64,000 bases of DNA, from the NCBI GenBank assembly GCA_964456985.1, contig CAYWDH010000011.1, positions 941-64,940 of the forward strand, given 5' to 3'. The notes beneath the pieces are model-generated. The model had not been told where the DNA came from and did no database searches. It saw nothing but the letters and a program-made list of their open reading frames with translations. Both the position numbers and the translations under genes were made by a program. Of the stretch, positions 38,451 through 47,606 are shown in pieces (position 1 is the first letter of the stretch; each line of letters begins with the position of its first letter). Origin of the DNA: an uncultured Eubacteriales bacterium (lineage in GTDB: Bacteria; Acidobacteriota; Aminicenantia; Aminicenantales; Aminicenantaceae).

Positions 38451-39554
38451 ATGAAAGCCGCTGTCAGAAAGAAGAAAGACATCCTGAGTTTCAAAGGAAA
38501 AGTCTGGAGAGACGGGCGCTTCATAGAATCAGAATTTCACATAAATAAAGGAAAAATTGGCAGTGGTCTTAAAACCAGACCTTATGAAGCCGCTTATACC
38601 ATCCCGCCATTTACAGATCCGCACATACACGGAGGTTGGGGGAAAGATTTTGAAAAAAGCGACTTCGATCCTCTTGAGAAGAAGCTCAAACGGTTAGGCA
38701 TCTTTTGCGCCATACCTGCCATAAGCTGTTCCTCTGTGGATAAACTGAAAAAAATATCCGCATCATTCAAAAAATACAAAACGGAAAATCCAAACAGCCT
38801 GTTCCCTTTTTTAAGAGTGGAAGGCCCTTTTATAAGTTCGACTAAAAAGGGAGCACAGGAAGAAAAATATATGCTCCCTCCCTCTATCCGAAATTTCGAG
38901 GAGTTATTGAGTCTGGAAAACTACAAAATACATACATTTGCCCCTGAATTGATGCATTCGGATGTCTTTGTCACCAAAGCACTGAACGCCGGCAAAATTC
39001 CCTCTGCGGGACACAGTCAGGCAACGTTCCATGACCTTTTAAAACTCTATGACCTCGGCCTAAGGCACATGACGCACTATCCCAATGCCATGAGCACGCT
39101 CCATCACAGAGAAATCGGCCTTACCGGGGCAGGCCTTCTTCTTGACGGCCTCCAGCTCGAATTTATAGCTGATAGTATCCATAATTCCATGGACTTTTTC
39201 CGTCTTCTTTTAAAAGTAAAGGGACCTTCTTTCTGCCTGGCCTCGGACATGATCCCCCCTGCTTTCTCGGGCTCTCGAACATTCTCAAATAGAAAAAAAG
39301 ATCCTACCGGACGCAAGATCACAAATAAAAATGGCGTTCTTGCCGGCGGGGCCACCTCAGTCCCCGAACAAGCGGCCCTGCTGTTTAGAAACGGTATCAA
39401 ACCCGAAGAAATCATACCTCTCACCTGCTCGAACGCTTTGGGATTTTTCAGCCTCCCAACCCCTGAAATCAAACAAGGACATGATGCGGACTTTATCATC
39501 CTCAATAAATCCTTTGAGGTCGAGGCTGTTTATGAAAAGGGAGAAAAACTATAG
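38451..39554 (+). CDS. nagA: N-acetylglucosamine-6-phosphate deacetylase
   Basis: 367 aa. NagA/amidohydrolase motifs are present: FTDPHIHGGWG, PSAGHSQAT, THYPNAMS and CLASDMIP. Confidence 0.75.
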   Translation: MKAAVRKKKDILSFKGKVWRDGRFIESEFHINKGKIGSGLKTRPYEAAYTIPPFTDPHIHGGWGKDFEKSDFDPLEKKLKRLGIFCAIPAISCSSVDKLKKISASFKKYKTENPNSLFPFLRVEGPFISSTKKGAQEEKYMLPPSIRNFEELLSLENYKIHTFAPELMHSDVFVTKALNAGKIPSAGHSQATFHDLLKLYDLGLRHMTHYPNAMSTLHHREIGLTGAGLLLDGLQLEFIADSIHNSMDFFRLLLKVKGPSFCLASDMIPPAFSGSRTFSNRKKDPTGRKITNKNGVLAGGATSVPEQAALLFRNGIKPEEIIPLTCSNALGFFSLPTPEIKQGHDADFIILNKSFEVEAVYEKGEKL

Positions 39555-39564
39555 GAGTTAAAAA

Positions 39565-40905
39565 TTGGAAGACCGCCTAAGGATCTCTGTTTCCGGAATA
39601 CGCGGCGTGGTTCCGGAAGCGCTCAATGTTGAAATCGCCTCCAAATTCGCATCAGCTTTTTCATCCTATCTGGAAAAAGGGAGCATGGCTCTCTCAAGGG
39701 ACGGCAGAGAATCAAGCCGCATGCTCGCCATGTCCGCAGTTTCCTCTGTCATCGCTTCCGGACTGGATTGTGTGGACTATGGAAGGATCCCCACCCCTTT
39801 TCTTCAGTTCTATCTGAGGAGAAACCATTTCTCAGGGGGGATATCCGTATCCGCAGGCCATAATCCTACCCCCTGGAATGCCATCCTTTTATTAAATCAG
39901 GAAGGATATTATCTGGAAGCTTCAGAAGGGCCTGAGGTCTTTAATGTGTATGAAGCGGAGACCTTCCAAAAAGCGCCGTGGAACAAACTCGGCAAAATTA
40001 AAGAAAGCGCTTTTCCGTTTGACCAATACCTGGAAACCCTGTCGCAGATCATCAACCTGAAAGAAATAAAAAAGGCCGGATTTACATGCACCGCAGACCC
40101 CTGTAACGGAGCTGTCTCACCTTTTTTAAAACCTTACAGTGAATTTTTCGGGCTGAACATGATCCCCATAAACGACGAGATCGACAAACCGTTTTTCCAC
40201 TCTCCAGAACCTTCTGCGGCAAATTCATCTCAAGCCGAAGCTGTGGTCAAAGCTACAGGCTCAGATATCGGTTTCCTGGTCAACTCTGACGGAAGCCGGC
40301 TTTCCTTTGTGTCGGAAAAAGGAGTCGGACTCAGTGAAGAGATGACCCTCCCTCTCTGTCTTCTCTCGCTTAAAAACAGAATAAAAAAAGCTGTTTCCAC
40401 CGTAGCTACTTCTTCTCTCATGGACTGGGTAGGAAATACATTTGATATACAGATAATAAAGACAAAAGTGGGTCAGTCCTCTGTATCTCACACCATGAGG
40501 GCGGAAGGGGCGGAAGCCGGAGGAGAAGGAAGCGGAAGCTTCCTCTTTCTCCCTTTCTCACCGGGATATGACTCTCTGTTAGCCCTGACCTTGGTTCTTG
40601 ACCTTATGGCCAGAGAGAGAAAGAGCCTTTCCGAGATCATATCTCCTTTTCCTGAACTCATAAGAAAAAAAATAAAAATACAGGTATCCCCGGAGAAAAT
40701 ATACAGGGTCATGGACATGCTTGAAGAAAAGTACTCCGGAGAGAACCCGGATGTGACGGATGGGATCAGGATCGATAGGAAAAAGGCCTGGTTTATCATA
40801 AGGCCCTCCTCAACCGAATTTATTTTAAGAATAATGATCGAAGGCCGTGATACTGAATCCGTTACTTCCGTTGAAGAAGAAATTAGAGAAAGGATCGAAA
40901 CTTGA
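39565..40905 (+). CDS. Phosphohexomutase-superfamily paralog with degenerate active site
   Basis: 446 aa with a TTG start 7 nt after AGGAG. It has the superfamily fold (ISVSGIRG, GGEGSG). However, the phosphoserine loop reads SVSAGHNP (Gly98, nt 39856..39858, where TASHNP has Ser). The metal loop reads NSDGSR instead of DxDxDR. Confidence 0.7.
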   Translation: MEDRLRISVSGIRGVVPEALNVEIASKFASAFSSYLEKGSMALSRDGRESSRMLAMSAVSSVIASGLDCVDYGRIPTPFLQFYLRRNHFSGGISVSAGHNPTPWNAILLLNQEGYYLEASEGPEVFNVYEAETFQKAPWNKLGKIKESAFPFDQYLETLSQIINLKEIKKAGFTCTADPCNGAVSPFLKPYSEFFGLNMIPINDEIDKPFFHSPEPSAANSSQAEAVVKATGSDIGFLVNSDGSRLSFVSEKGVGLSEEMTLPLCLLSLKNRIKKAVSTVATSSLMDWVGNTFDIQIIKTKVGQSSVSHTMRAEGAEAGGEGSGSFLFLPFSPGYDSLLALTLVLDLMARERKSLSEIISPFPELIRKKIKIQVSPEKIYRVMDMLEEKYSGENPDVTDGIRIDRKKAWFIIRPSSTEFILRIMIEGRDTESVTSVEEEIRERIET

Positions 40906-42239
40906 GGATATCTGACTTAAAAATAAGCATTTCCGGAATAAGAGGAATAGTAGGGCAAAGCCTCACTCCCCAGCTGATCTTGAAGTTCTCGGAAGCCTTT
41001 TCCAGTTTCATTGGAGAGGGAGAAATTGGAGTGGCAAGGGACACGCGGCCTTCCGGAGAAATGCTCAAATACGCTGTTTTCTCCGGCATGCTCTCCTGCG
41101 GTTCGACCCCAATTGATATGGGAATACTGCCCATCCCTTCCCTCCAGTTTTATGTGAAGTCAAAAAAACTGAAAGGCGGAATTTCCATAACCGCTTCACA
41201 CAACCCGGTGGAATGGAATGCCCTTAAGTTCGTAAAAAAAGGAGGTTTTTTCCTCAATCCTTATGAAGCAGAGGAACTCCTGGACTATTATTATCAGGGA
41301 AAATTCAAAAGAGTCCACAAATCAGGTATCATCAAAAAAGAGGCACATCCGTTCAGGATACATGAGAACAAGATCCTTCAATTCATCGATACAGACACGA
41401 TCAGAAGAAAAAAGCTCAAGGTTATAGTTGACCCCTGCGGAGGTGCTGCTTCCCCTTATGTAAAGAACTTCCTCGAAAAACTAGGGGCAGAAGTCATGTG
41501 TATCAACTGCGAACTATCCAACGGATTCCCGAGAAAACCGGAGCCCCTGCCTCAAAACATAGGAGATCTCTGCGAATCCGTGAAAAAACACGGGGCGGAC
41601 ATCGGATTTGCTCAAGATGCGGATGCAGACAGGCTGGCTGTGGTGGATGAAAAGGGACAGCCTATCGGCGAAGAATACACCCTGGCCTTAGCTGTCCGCT
41701 ATTATTTGTCTTACAGGCAGAGATCACCTGTTGTGGTAAACCTCTCCACATCCCGGGTGATAGAGGATATCTCCAGAGAGGAAGGAGTCAAACTCATAAG
41801 AACAAAAGTCGGAGAGATCAATGTTTCAAGAAAAATGCTGGAAACAGGCTCCAAAATAGGGGGAGAAGGAAACGGAGGCATTATAGTTACTGACACGCAT
41901 GCGTGCAGGGACAGCTTCACGGGTATGGCTCTTATCCTGGAATACCTGGCGCGTACGTCAAAAAAAATATCGCAGCTTAAACAAGAGCTTCCTAAGTACA
42001 AGATGATAAAGGAAAAGGTCAAAGCCGGTTTCAGCGACAGGAAAAGGATCATAAACCTTGTGAAGTCAAAATTCAATAAAGGCGAGGTAAATACCGAAGA
42101 CGGACTGAGGATCGACTACCCCGAGTTCTGGCTCCATGTCAGGCCCTCAAATACAGAACCCGTCATGAGGATCATCATCGAAGGCAGGGAAGACAAGCTC
42201 ATTGAATCCATATATTCGGATATAAAGGAGAAATTATAA
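40902..42239 (+). CDS. Phosphoglucosamine / phosphomannomutase-family enzyme (canonical active site)
   Basis: 445 aa. The TTG start overlaps the upstream stop (TTGA). Motifs are canonical: GISITASHNP, AQDADADRLAVV and GGEGNGG. Confidence 0.8.
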   Translation: MRISDLKISISGIRGIVGQSLTPQLILKFSEAFSSFIGEGEIGVARDTRPSGEMLKYAVFSGMLSCGSTPIDMGILPIPSLQFYVKSKKLKGGISITASHNPVEWNALKFVKKGGFFLNPYEAEELLDYYYQGKFKRVHKSGIIKKEAHPFRIHENKILQFIDTDTIRRKKLKVIVDPCGGAASPYVKNFLEKLGAEVMCINCELSNGFPRKPEPLPQNIGDLCESVKKHGADIGFAQDADADRLAVVDEKGQPIGEEYTLALAVRYYLSYRQRSPVVVNLSTSRVIEDISREEGVKLIRTKVGEINVSRKMLETGSKIGGEGNGGIIVTDTHACRDSFTGMALILEYLARTSKKISQLKQELPKYKMIKEKVKAGFSDRKRIINLVKSKFNKGEVNTEDGLRIDYPEFWLHVRPSNTEPVMRIIIEGREDKLIESIYSDIKEKL

Positions 42240-42240
42240 C

Positions 42241-42352
42241 CTGTTGACCTGAGATGTTTTTGGTGTGTATTATATTCGATAAAGTCGCTTAGAGGGCGGA
42301 AATCTGATGAAATTAAGTAAAAATCAGCAGCAACAGAAAAACGAAATTCCTT
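42241..42352 (+). repeat. Promoter-bearing repeat, copy 5 (5-prime truncated, divergent leader)
   Basis: It starts 1 nt after the mutase stop codon. TTGACC at 42244..42249 and TATTAT at 42268..42273, spacer 18 nt. The leader, ...gtcgcttagagggcggaaatctgatgaaattaagtaaaaatcagcagcaacagaaaaacgaaattcct, ends 16 nt before the ATG at 42369. Confidence 0.75.
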
Positions 42353-42368
42353 TTATCAACTCATACCT

Positions 42369-43526
42369 ATGAATTCATCCTTTAGTGATCTAAATATAGA
42401 CTTTGTTGCGGTTTTCAATTTTGTGGGGGCTATTACAGGATATTTTTTTTCATTGATTCTTCTAGGGATTAAGGGAAAAAAGAGTATTGCAAGCAAGTAT
42501 CTGGCGCTGTTAATCTTTTCTTATTCCACGTTTTTAGTGGGATCCATTCTCTATCAAACGAATTATCATCTCGTGCACACCTACCTGATCGGTATTTTCC
42601 CTCCTTTCTATTTTCTCATCGGACCTTTCTTGTATCTGTATATGTTATCCTTAGTATACAAAGAATTTTCATTCAAAAAGATATATCTGCTCCATTTCGT
42701 CCCCTTTATTCTCCAAATACTCTTCAATGTCCCCATATACTTAAAAAGCTCTGAAGAAAAATTTGATTTTTATCTAAAGGGATTGATCGATGGCCCTGAT
42801 CTGTTCCGTGTGCTGATTATTTGTGCCAGGATAATATATCTTTTTGTATATTTAATTCTTACGGCGCGCCTCTTGAGGACACATCAGGTACAGATCGAAA
42901 ATAGTTATTCACGATTAGAAGGTAGACGCTTGAGGTGGATTCGAACTCTTATGATCGGACTCATGATTGATGCAGTGCTATATGCTATCACAATTGTTTC
43001 AAGAATCTCAGATTCCAATGGATTCTATTCTTTGGTCGACATTTCGAATATCACGGCGCCATGCATCATCCTCTATATGTGTTACAAAGGTCTTACCCAA
43101 CCCGATCTACATGTTGAGAATATGCTTGGTGCTGTTAAAAATCGCTACCATTATTCCCGCTTGGACAGCGACAAATCAGAAGAATTCCTGGAACATATCC
43201 TCAATTTTATGGAGGAATCAAAATCATATCTGAACAATGAGTTCACCATCAAGCAGCTTTCCGAGGAGACGGCCATCCCATCACGCTATATTTCTCAAGT
43301 TATTAATGAGCGCTTGGATCGGAATTTTTACGAATTCATTAATGATTATAGAATTGATGAAGTCAAAAAAAGATTTCTGGATCCTCACTACCAAGGCTCC
43401 ACAATCTTAGATATTGCATTTGATTCAGGATTCAATACGAAATCCACGTTTAATGCCGCTTTCAAAAAGAGAGAGGGAATCACACCTTCCACGTATCGAA
43501 AAAATTTGAAAAAATATTTAGTCTGA
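42369..43526 (+). CDS. Membrane-anchored AraC-family transcriptional regulator
   Basis: 385 aa. The N-terminal 240 aa or so contain multiple hydrophobic helices. The C-terminal AraC HTH reads IKQLSEETAIPSRYISQVINERL...ILDIAFDSGFNTKSTFNAAFKKREGITPSTYRK. Confidence 0.8.
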   Translation: MNSSFSDLNIDFVAVFNFVGAITGYFFSLILLGIKGKKSIASKYLALLIFSYSTFLVGSILYQTNYHLVHTYLIGIFPPFYFLIGPFLYLYMLSLVYKEFSFKKIYLLHFVPFILQILFNVPIYLKSSEEKFDFYLKGLIDGPDLFRVLIICARIIYLFVYLILTARLLRTHQVQIENSYSRLEGRRLRWIRTLMIGLMIDAVLYAITIVSRISDSNGFYSLVDISNITAPCIILYMCYKGLTQPDLHVENMLGAVKNRYHYSRLDSDKSEEFLEHILNFMEESKSYLNNEFTIKQLSEETAIPSRYISQVINERLDRNFYEFINDYRIDEVKKRFLDPHYQGSTILDIAFDSGFNTKSTFNAAFKKREGITPSTYRKNLKKYLV

Positions 43527-43542
43527 ATGGATCCATTCAGAC
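43521..43542. other. Perfect 22-bp palindrome overlapping the AraC stop codon, followed by a C9 tract (43547..43555)
   Basis: gtctgaatggatccattcagac is its own reverse complement. The C9 run then follows, then 9 nt, then TATAAT at 43565..43570, which is 30 nt before the ATG at 43600. Confidence 0.7.
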
Positions 43543-43599
43543 GACACCCCCCCCCATTATGTCTTATAATTCCACATATCATGTTGAAGGAAGACAGAT

Positions 43600-45639
43600 A
43601 TGAAGTATTTCACATATTCCCATTATCGCAAACTTCCAATGTTATGGATTCTGGCGTTATACGTTTTTTCTCCTTGGGGCTACACTGATAAAGCTCCGAG
43701 GTGGACTCCTGAAGAAATCATTAAAACCAAGACGATCCTGGATTTGGCGATTTCTCCAAATGGTCAGCAGGCAGTCTATGTCGTTTCTCAAGCCGTATTT
43801 CAGAAAGATGTTCCGACCTTTCAAAGAAGACTTTATCTCAGCCGAGCCGGTCAAATGCAAAGTGTCCCCCTCACACCAGCCGACCAGACGGCATTATCTC
43901 CAAAGTGGTCTCCGGATGGGAAGTGGATAACGTATGTTTCACCCGGAAACACCGCGTTGAATTTATGGATCATCCCTGCTTCCGGGGGGACTCCGAGACA
44001 ATTGACCCGATTTTCCCAGGGAATTCGTGATCATGTGTGGTCCCCGGATGGCCTGCGCATAGCCATCGTGGCTCCAGGGGATCTGAGTCCCGATGTTCTG
44101 GATTCGTATGACGTCGATAATCAATCTGAGATCCAAGGGAATCACATATGGCTGCTATCTATGGACCAAACCGAAACCGGGAAGAATCCTATTCGTCAGC
44201 TCACTCGGGGAGATTTTACCGTTCTTTTAGGTTTGGACTGGTCTCCGGATGGGAAATCCATCGCTTTTTCGCATGCTCCGATCGAGGAAACCGGGTTTGT
44301 AGGAGGAGAAGCCAGATACCTCTGTGACATCTCTATTTTGGATCTCTCTTCCGGACACAGAAAGATCCTTGTTGATTCAAATGCATCAGAATTCAGGCCG
44401 ATTTTTTCGCCTGATGGAAAATGGCTAGCCTACTCGGCGACCGAAGATCCTCCTAACAGAGCCCATTCTCAAGATTTGATCAGAATTAACATCAAGACAG
44501 GAGAGAAAATCGGCTTTCACCATTCGTTCGACAGGCTGGTGGACTATTTCGCGAGCCTTTGGAAACCGTTGGGCTGGTCAGCTGACGGTCAGGAATTTTT
44601 TATCATGGAGTGCCGGGGGACTATCAGCCGGATTTCAGCTTTACCCGTATCCGGAAGCCCTCCGAGAGATATCGATTTGGGCGATAGGCTGATTTGGCCT
44701 GCCTGCTTAAACCGGCATAAAACATATTTTGGATTTGTGGGGCAAACATCATCCAAACCCGAGGAGGTTTTTCTGACCCCAGTCAATAACTTTAATCCGC
44801 AGAAAATAAGCCATCTCCACCAGGATCTACCTGATTGGCCCTTAGGAGAAACCAGAGTCGTCAGCTGGGAATCTATAGACGGGACAACCATAGAAGGATT
44901 GCTTTCTCTCCCAGTCGGATATGAATCGGGACGTAAATATCCACTCATCCTGATTGTGCATGGAGGACCCGCCGCAGCTCATCTGCAACAGTACACGGCC
45001 GCATCGTCTATGGGGAACAATCTGATGGTCTCGGCCTTCACTTCCAAAGGCTATCTTGTCTTCAGGCCGAATCCGCGCGGATCGGCCGGATATGGCCCCC
45101 GGTTTCGATTCGATCTTATATCCAGGATGGGAGATCTGGATTACCAGGATGTGATGGCCGGTATCCATTTTTTGATCAAGGAGGGAATCGCAGATCCTGC
45201 CAAAATGGGAGTTATCGGGGTCAGTTACGGAGGGTATCTTACTGGATGCATTATCTCTAAGACAAATCGTTTCAAAGCTGCAGTGATCATATGCGGCGAT
45301 TCGGATCTTCTAAGCTCATACGGAACGAGTGATATTCCCGGTATGATTTCGGGGTATATGGGATATGAGCCCTGGGAAAACTATCTAGGCTACCTAGAGG
45401 CATCACCGGTCTATTATGTTAGCAAAATCGAAACACCTGTGTTGATCCAACATGGCGAAAAAGACGAAAGAGTCCATGTCACCCAAGCAAAAGAGTTCTC
45501 GACATATCTTAAACGTTTCGGGAGAGTCCCGGTCCGATTGGTGATCTATCCAAATATGGGGCACAGAATTACTGATCCTGGAAGGAATATCCTTATAGTC
45601 AATAATTCCCTGACATGGTTTGCCAAGTATGTTAAATAG
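43600..45639 (+). CDS. S9-family serine peptidase (prolyl oligopeptidase / dipeptidyl aminopeptidase type)
   Basis: 679 aa. The N-terminal propeller has PD40 blades (WSPDGKWITY, WSPDGLRIAI, WSPDGKSIAF, FSPDGKWLAY). The C-terminal alpha/beta hydrolase has the nucleophile elbow GVSYGGY, then GEKDERV and NMGHR. Confidence 0.85.
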   Translation: MKYFTYSHYRKLPMLWILALYVFSPWGYTDKAPRWTPEEIIKTKTILDLAISPNGQQAVYVVSQAVFQKDVPTFQRRLYLSRAGQMQSVPLTPADQTALSPKWSPDGKWITYVSPGNTALNLWIIPASGGTPRQLTRFSQGIRDHVWSPDGLRIAIVAPGDLSPDVLDSYDVDNQSEIQGNHIWLLSMDQTETGKNPIRQLTRGDFTVLLGLDWSPDGKSIAFSHAPIEETGFVGGEARYLCDISILDLSSGHRKILVDSNASEFRPIFSPDGKWLAYSATEDPPNRAHSQDLIRINIKTGEKIGFHHSFDRLVDYFASLWKPLGWSADGQEFFIMECRGTISRISALPVSGSPPRDIDLGDRLIWPACLNRHKTYFGFVGQTSSKPEEVFLTPVNNFNPQKISHLHQDLPDWPLGETRVVSWESIDGTTIEGLLSLPVGYESGRKYPLILIVHGGPAAAHLQQYTAASSMGNNLMVSAFTSKGYLVFRPNPRGSAGYGPRFRFDLISRMGDLDYQDVMAGIHFLIKEGIADPAKMGVIGVSYGGYLTGCIISKTNRFKAAVIICGDSDLLSSYGTSDIPGMISGYMGYEPWENYLGYLEASPVYYVSKIETPVLIQHGEKDERVHVTQAKEFSTYLKRFGRVPVRLVIYPNMGHRITDPGRNILIVNNSLTWFAKYVK

Positions 45640-45706
45640 CTGAGGCCTCATTCCTCCAACTTCTGCTTATAAAAACAATGAACTCAAAATAATTCATAAA
45701 AAATAA

Positions 45707-45715
45707 TGATATAAT
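45707..45715 (+). promoter_or_regulatory. Extended -10 element (TGaTATAAT) upstream of the M20 peptidase gene
   Basis: TG at 45707..45708 and TATAAT at 45710..45715, 34 nt before the ATG at 45749. No good -35 element. Confidence 0.3.
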
Positions 45716-45748
45716 ACAGGAAAAAAATGAAAGAGGCAGGAGGCAAAA

Positions 45749-47302
45749 ATGAAGAAATCGGCGACAACTGCAATTCTTATGATATTACTGGGCATTGGTA
45801 TATTCAGCAGTTTGCTTAGTGCAGATGAAGGACTGCTCCAGGCAATTCGAAACTATCGCAAGTCCCATGAACACCAGATAATCCGCGAGTTCACGGATCT
45901 TTTATCCATCCCCAATGTCTCGTCTGACCGGGAGAACATTCGCAAAAACGCCGTATTCATCCAAAAGATGCTAACAAAACGAGGAATCGACGCCCGTATC
46001 TTGGAGACAGCGGGTAACCCCGTGGTCTTCGGGGAACTGAAGGTGCCGGATGCGGCCAACACACTTCTTATTTATATCCACTACGACGGCCAGCCTGTCG
46101 ATCCCTCAAAATGGACGGATACACAGCCTTTCCAGCCAGCCCTGCGCCCTGGGAAATTACTGCCCGGGACGAGAGAACCCAATCCCATCCCGTTTCCGGA
46201 TGAAGGCGAACCCTATGATGAAAACTGGCGCATTTATGCCCGAGGTTCGAGCGATGATCGTGCTCCAATCATCGGATACATGACAGCTCTGGATGCTCTC
46301 CGGGCCGCTCAAATTCCGCTGAAAAACAACCTCAAGTTCATCCTGGAGGGCGAGGAGGAGGCCGGATCGATTAACCTCCGCCCATTCCTGGAAAAGCACC
46401 GGGATTTGCTGGATTGCGACGTTCTCTTCATGTGCGATGGTCCGGCTTATTATTCAGGCGATCCCACCCTGTTTTTCGGAGTACGCGGCATTACAAGCCT
46501 GGAAATTACGCTCTATGGTCCCAACACCAGTGTTCACAGCGGGCATTACGGCAACTGGATCCCCAATCCAGGAATCCGGCTGGCCCATCTGCTGGCCTCG
46601 ATGCGTGATCCCGATAGCAACGTGAAGATTCGGGGATGGTATGACTCCTGTTTACCGCTGTCAGAATCAGAGATCGAGGCTGTCAAGGCTATCCCTTCCT
46701 ATGAGCGGCAAATAATGCTCAACTACGGTTTTGCCCAACCGGAATCCAAATGGGAAAGTCTGATGATGGCAATCCAGTATCCGGCCCTCAACCTCAACGG
46801 TCTGAAAAGCGGCTGGACCGGAGCCCAACAGAGGACCATTGTGCCTCCTACTGCCACCGCTAGCCTAGACATCCGCTTGGTCAAGGGGAATGATCCCGAT
46901 CATATGGTGGGACTGGTCATCGATCACATCCGGCAGCAGGGGTATCATGTGGTGAAAAGGGATCCGGACACAGAAACAAGAATGAAGTATCCGTTGATTG
47001 CCCGGGTCGTACATAAAGAAAGCGGGTACAGGGCCTCAAGAACTCCCCTGGACCATCCCATCTCGCAAGCTGTGATAGCTGCCATATCCAAGCACAGCGA
47101 AAAACCGCCCGTACTGTTGCCATCCCTGGGGGGATCCCTTCCTATCTACTTGTTCAGTGATCTGCTTAAAGTCCCGGTCATCGGAGTTCCGATTGCCAAC
47201 CATGACAACAATCAGCATCAACCGGACGAGAACCTGCGCATCGGCCACCTCTGGACCGGAATCGAGACCTATGCCGCCCTGATAATGATGAGCGGGAAGT
47301 AA
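45749..47302 (+). CDS. M20-family metallopeptidase (dipeptidase-like), secreted
   Basis: 517 aa with a signal peptide. M20 motifs are present: LLIYIHYDGQPVD, ARGSSDDRAP and EGEEEAGS. Confidence 0.8.
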   Translation: MKKSATTAILMILLGIGIFSSLLSADEGLLQAIRNYRKSHEHQIIREFTDLLSIPNVSSDRENIRKNAVFIQKMLTKRGIDARILETAGNPVVFGELKVPDAANTLLIYIHYDGQPVDPSKWTDTQPFQPALRPGKLLPGTREPNPIPFPDEGEPYDENWRIYARGSSDDRAPIIGYMTALDALRAAQIPLKNNLKFILEGEEEAGSINLRPFLEKHRDLLDCDVLFMCDGPAYYSGDPTLFFGVRGITSLEITLYGPNTSVHSGHYGNWIPNPGIRLAHLLASMRDPDSNVKIRGWYDSCLPLSESEIEAVKAIPSYERQIMLNYGFAQPESKWESLMMAIQYPALNLNGLKSGWTGAQQRTIVPPTATASLDIRLVKGNDPDHMVGLVIDHIRQQGYHVVKRDPDTETRMKYPLIARVVHKESGYRASRTPLDHPISQAVIAAISKHSEKPPVLLPSLGGSLPIYLFSDLLKVPVIGVPIANHDNNQHQPDENLRIGHLWTGIETYAALIMMSGK

Positions 47303-47484
47303 TCCGCTATTATGGTTTCTATTCCAATGCTCATAAGAGGAAGGTACGTAAGACAGGGGCTCAACCTTCTCATCCCCCAATCATTGAAGATAGCCCGTCC
47401 TATGTGCCTGTCAAGGGTTGGGCTGAGATGATAAAGAAAGTCTATGAGTCTGATATTCTCTCTTTTTTGTGGGTTACTTGTTGA
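47302..47484 (+). pseudogene. C-terminal fragment (60 codons) of an IS91-family (Y2) transposase gene, running into repeat copy 6
   Basis: IRYYGFYSNAHKRKVRKTGAQPSHPPIIEDSPSYVPVKGWAEMIKKVYESDILSFLWVTC-stop. The RYYGxYSN...W(A)xxIKKVYE(V)D(P)L pattern matches the C-terminal region of IS91-family transposases as I recall it. The frame starts on the last base of the M20 stop codon. Its last 33 nt are the first 33 nt of the repeat core. Confidence 0.6.
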
Positions 47485-47585
47485 CCGGATGTATTTTTTG
47501 TGTGTATTATCAATGATTAGGTCGCTTTGAGGGCGGAAATTTGATGAAACGGAGGGAAAATCAACAACAACAGAAAAAAGACTAT
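47452..47585 (+). repeat. Promoter-bearing repeat, copy 6 (full length, contiguous with the transposase tail)
   Basis: TTGACC at 47481..47486 and TATTAT at 47505..47510, spacer 18 nt. The leader gtcgctttgagggcggaaatttgatgaaacggagggaaaatcaacaacaacagaaaaaag ends 21 nt before the ATG at 47607. Confidence 0.8.
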
Positions 47586-47606
47586 TATTTTTATTAAAAA
47601 TAAAAA

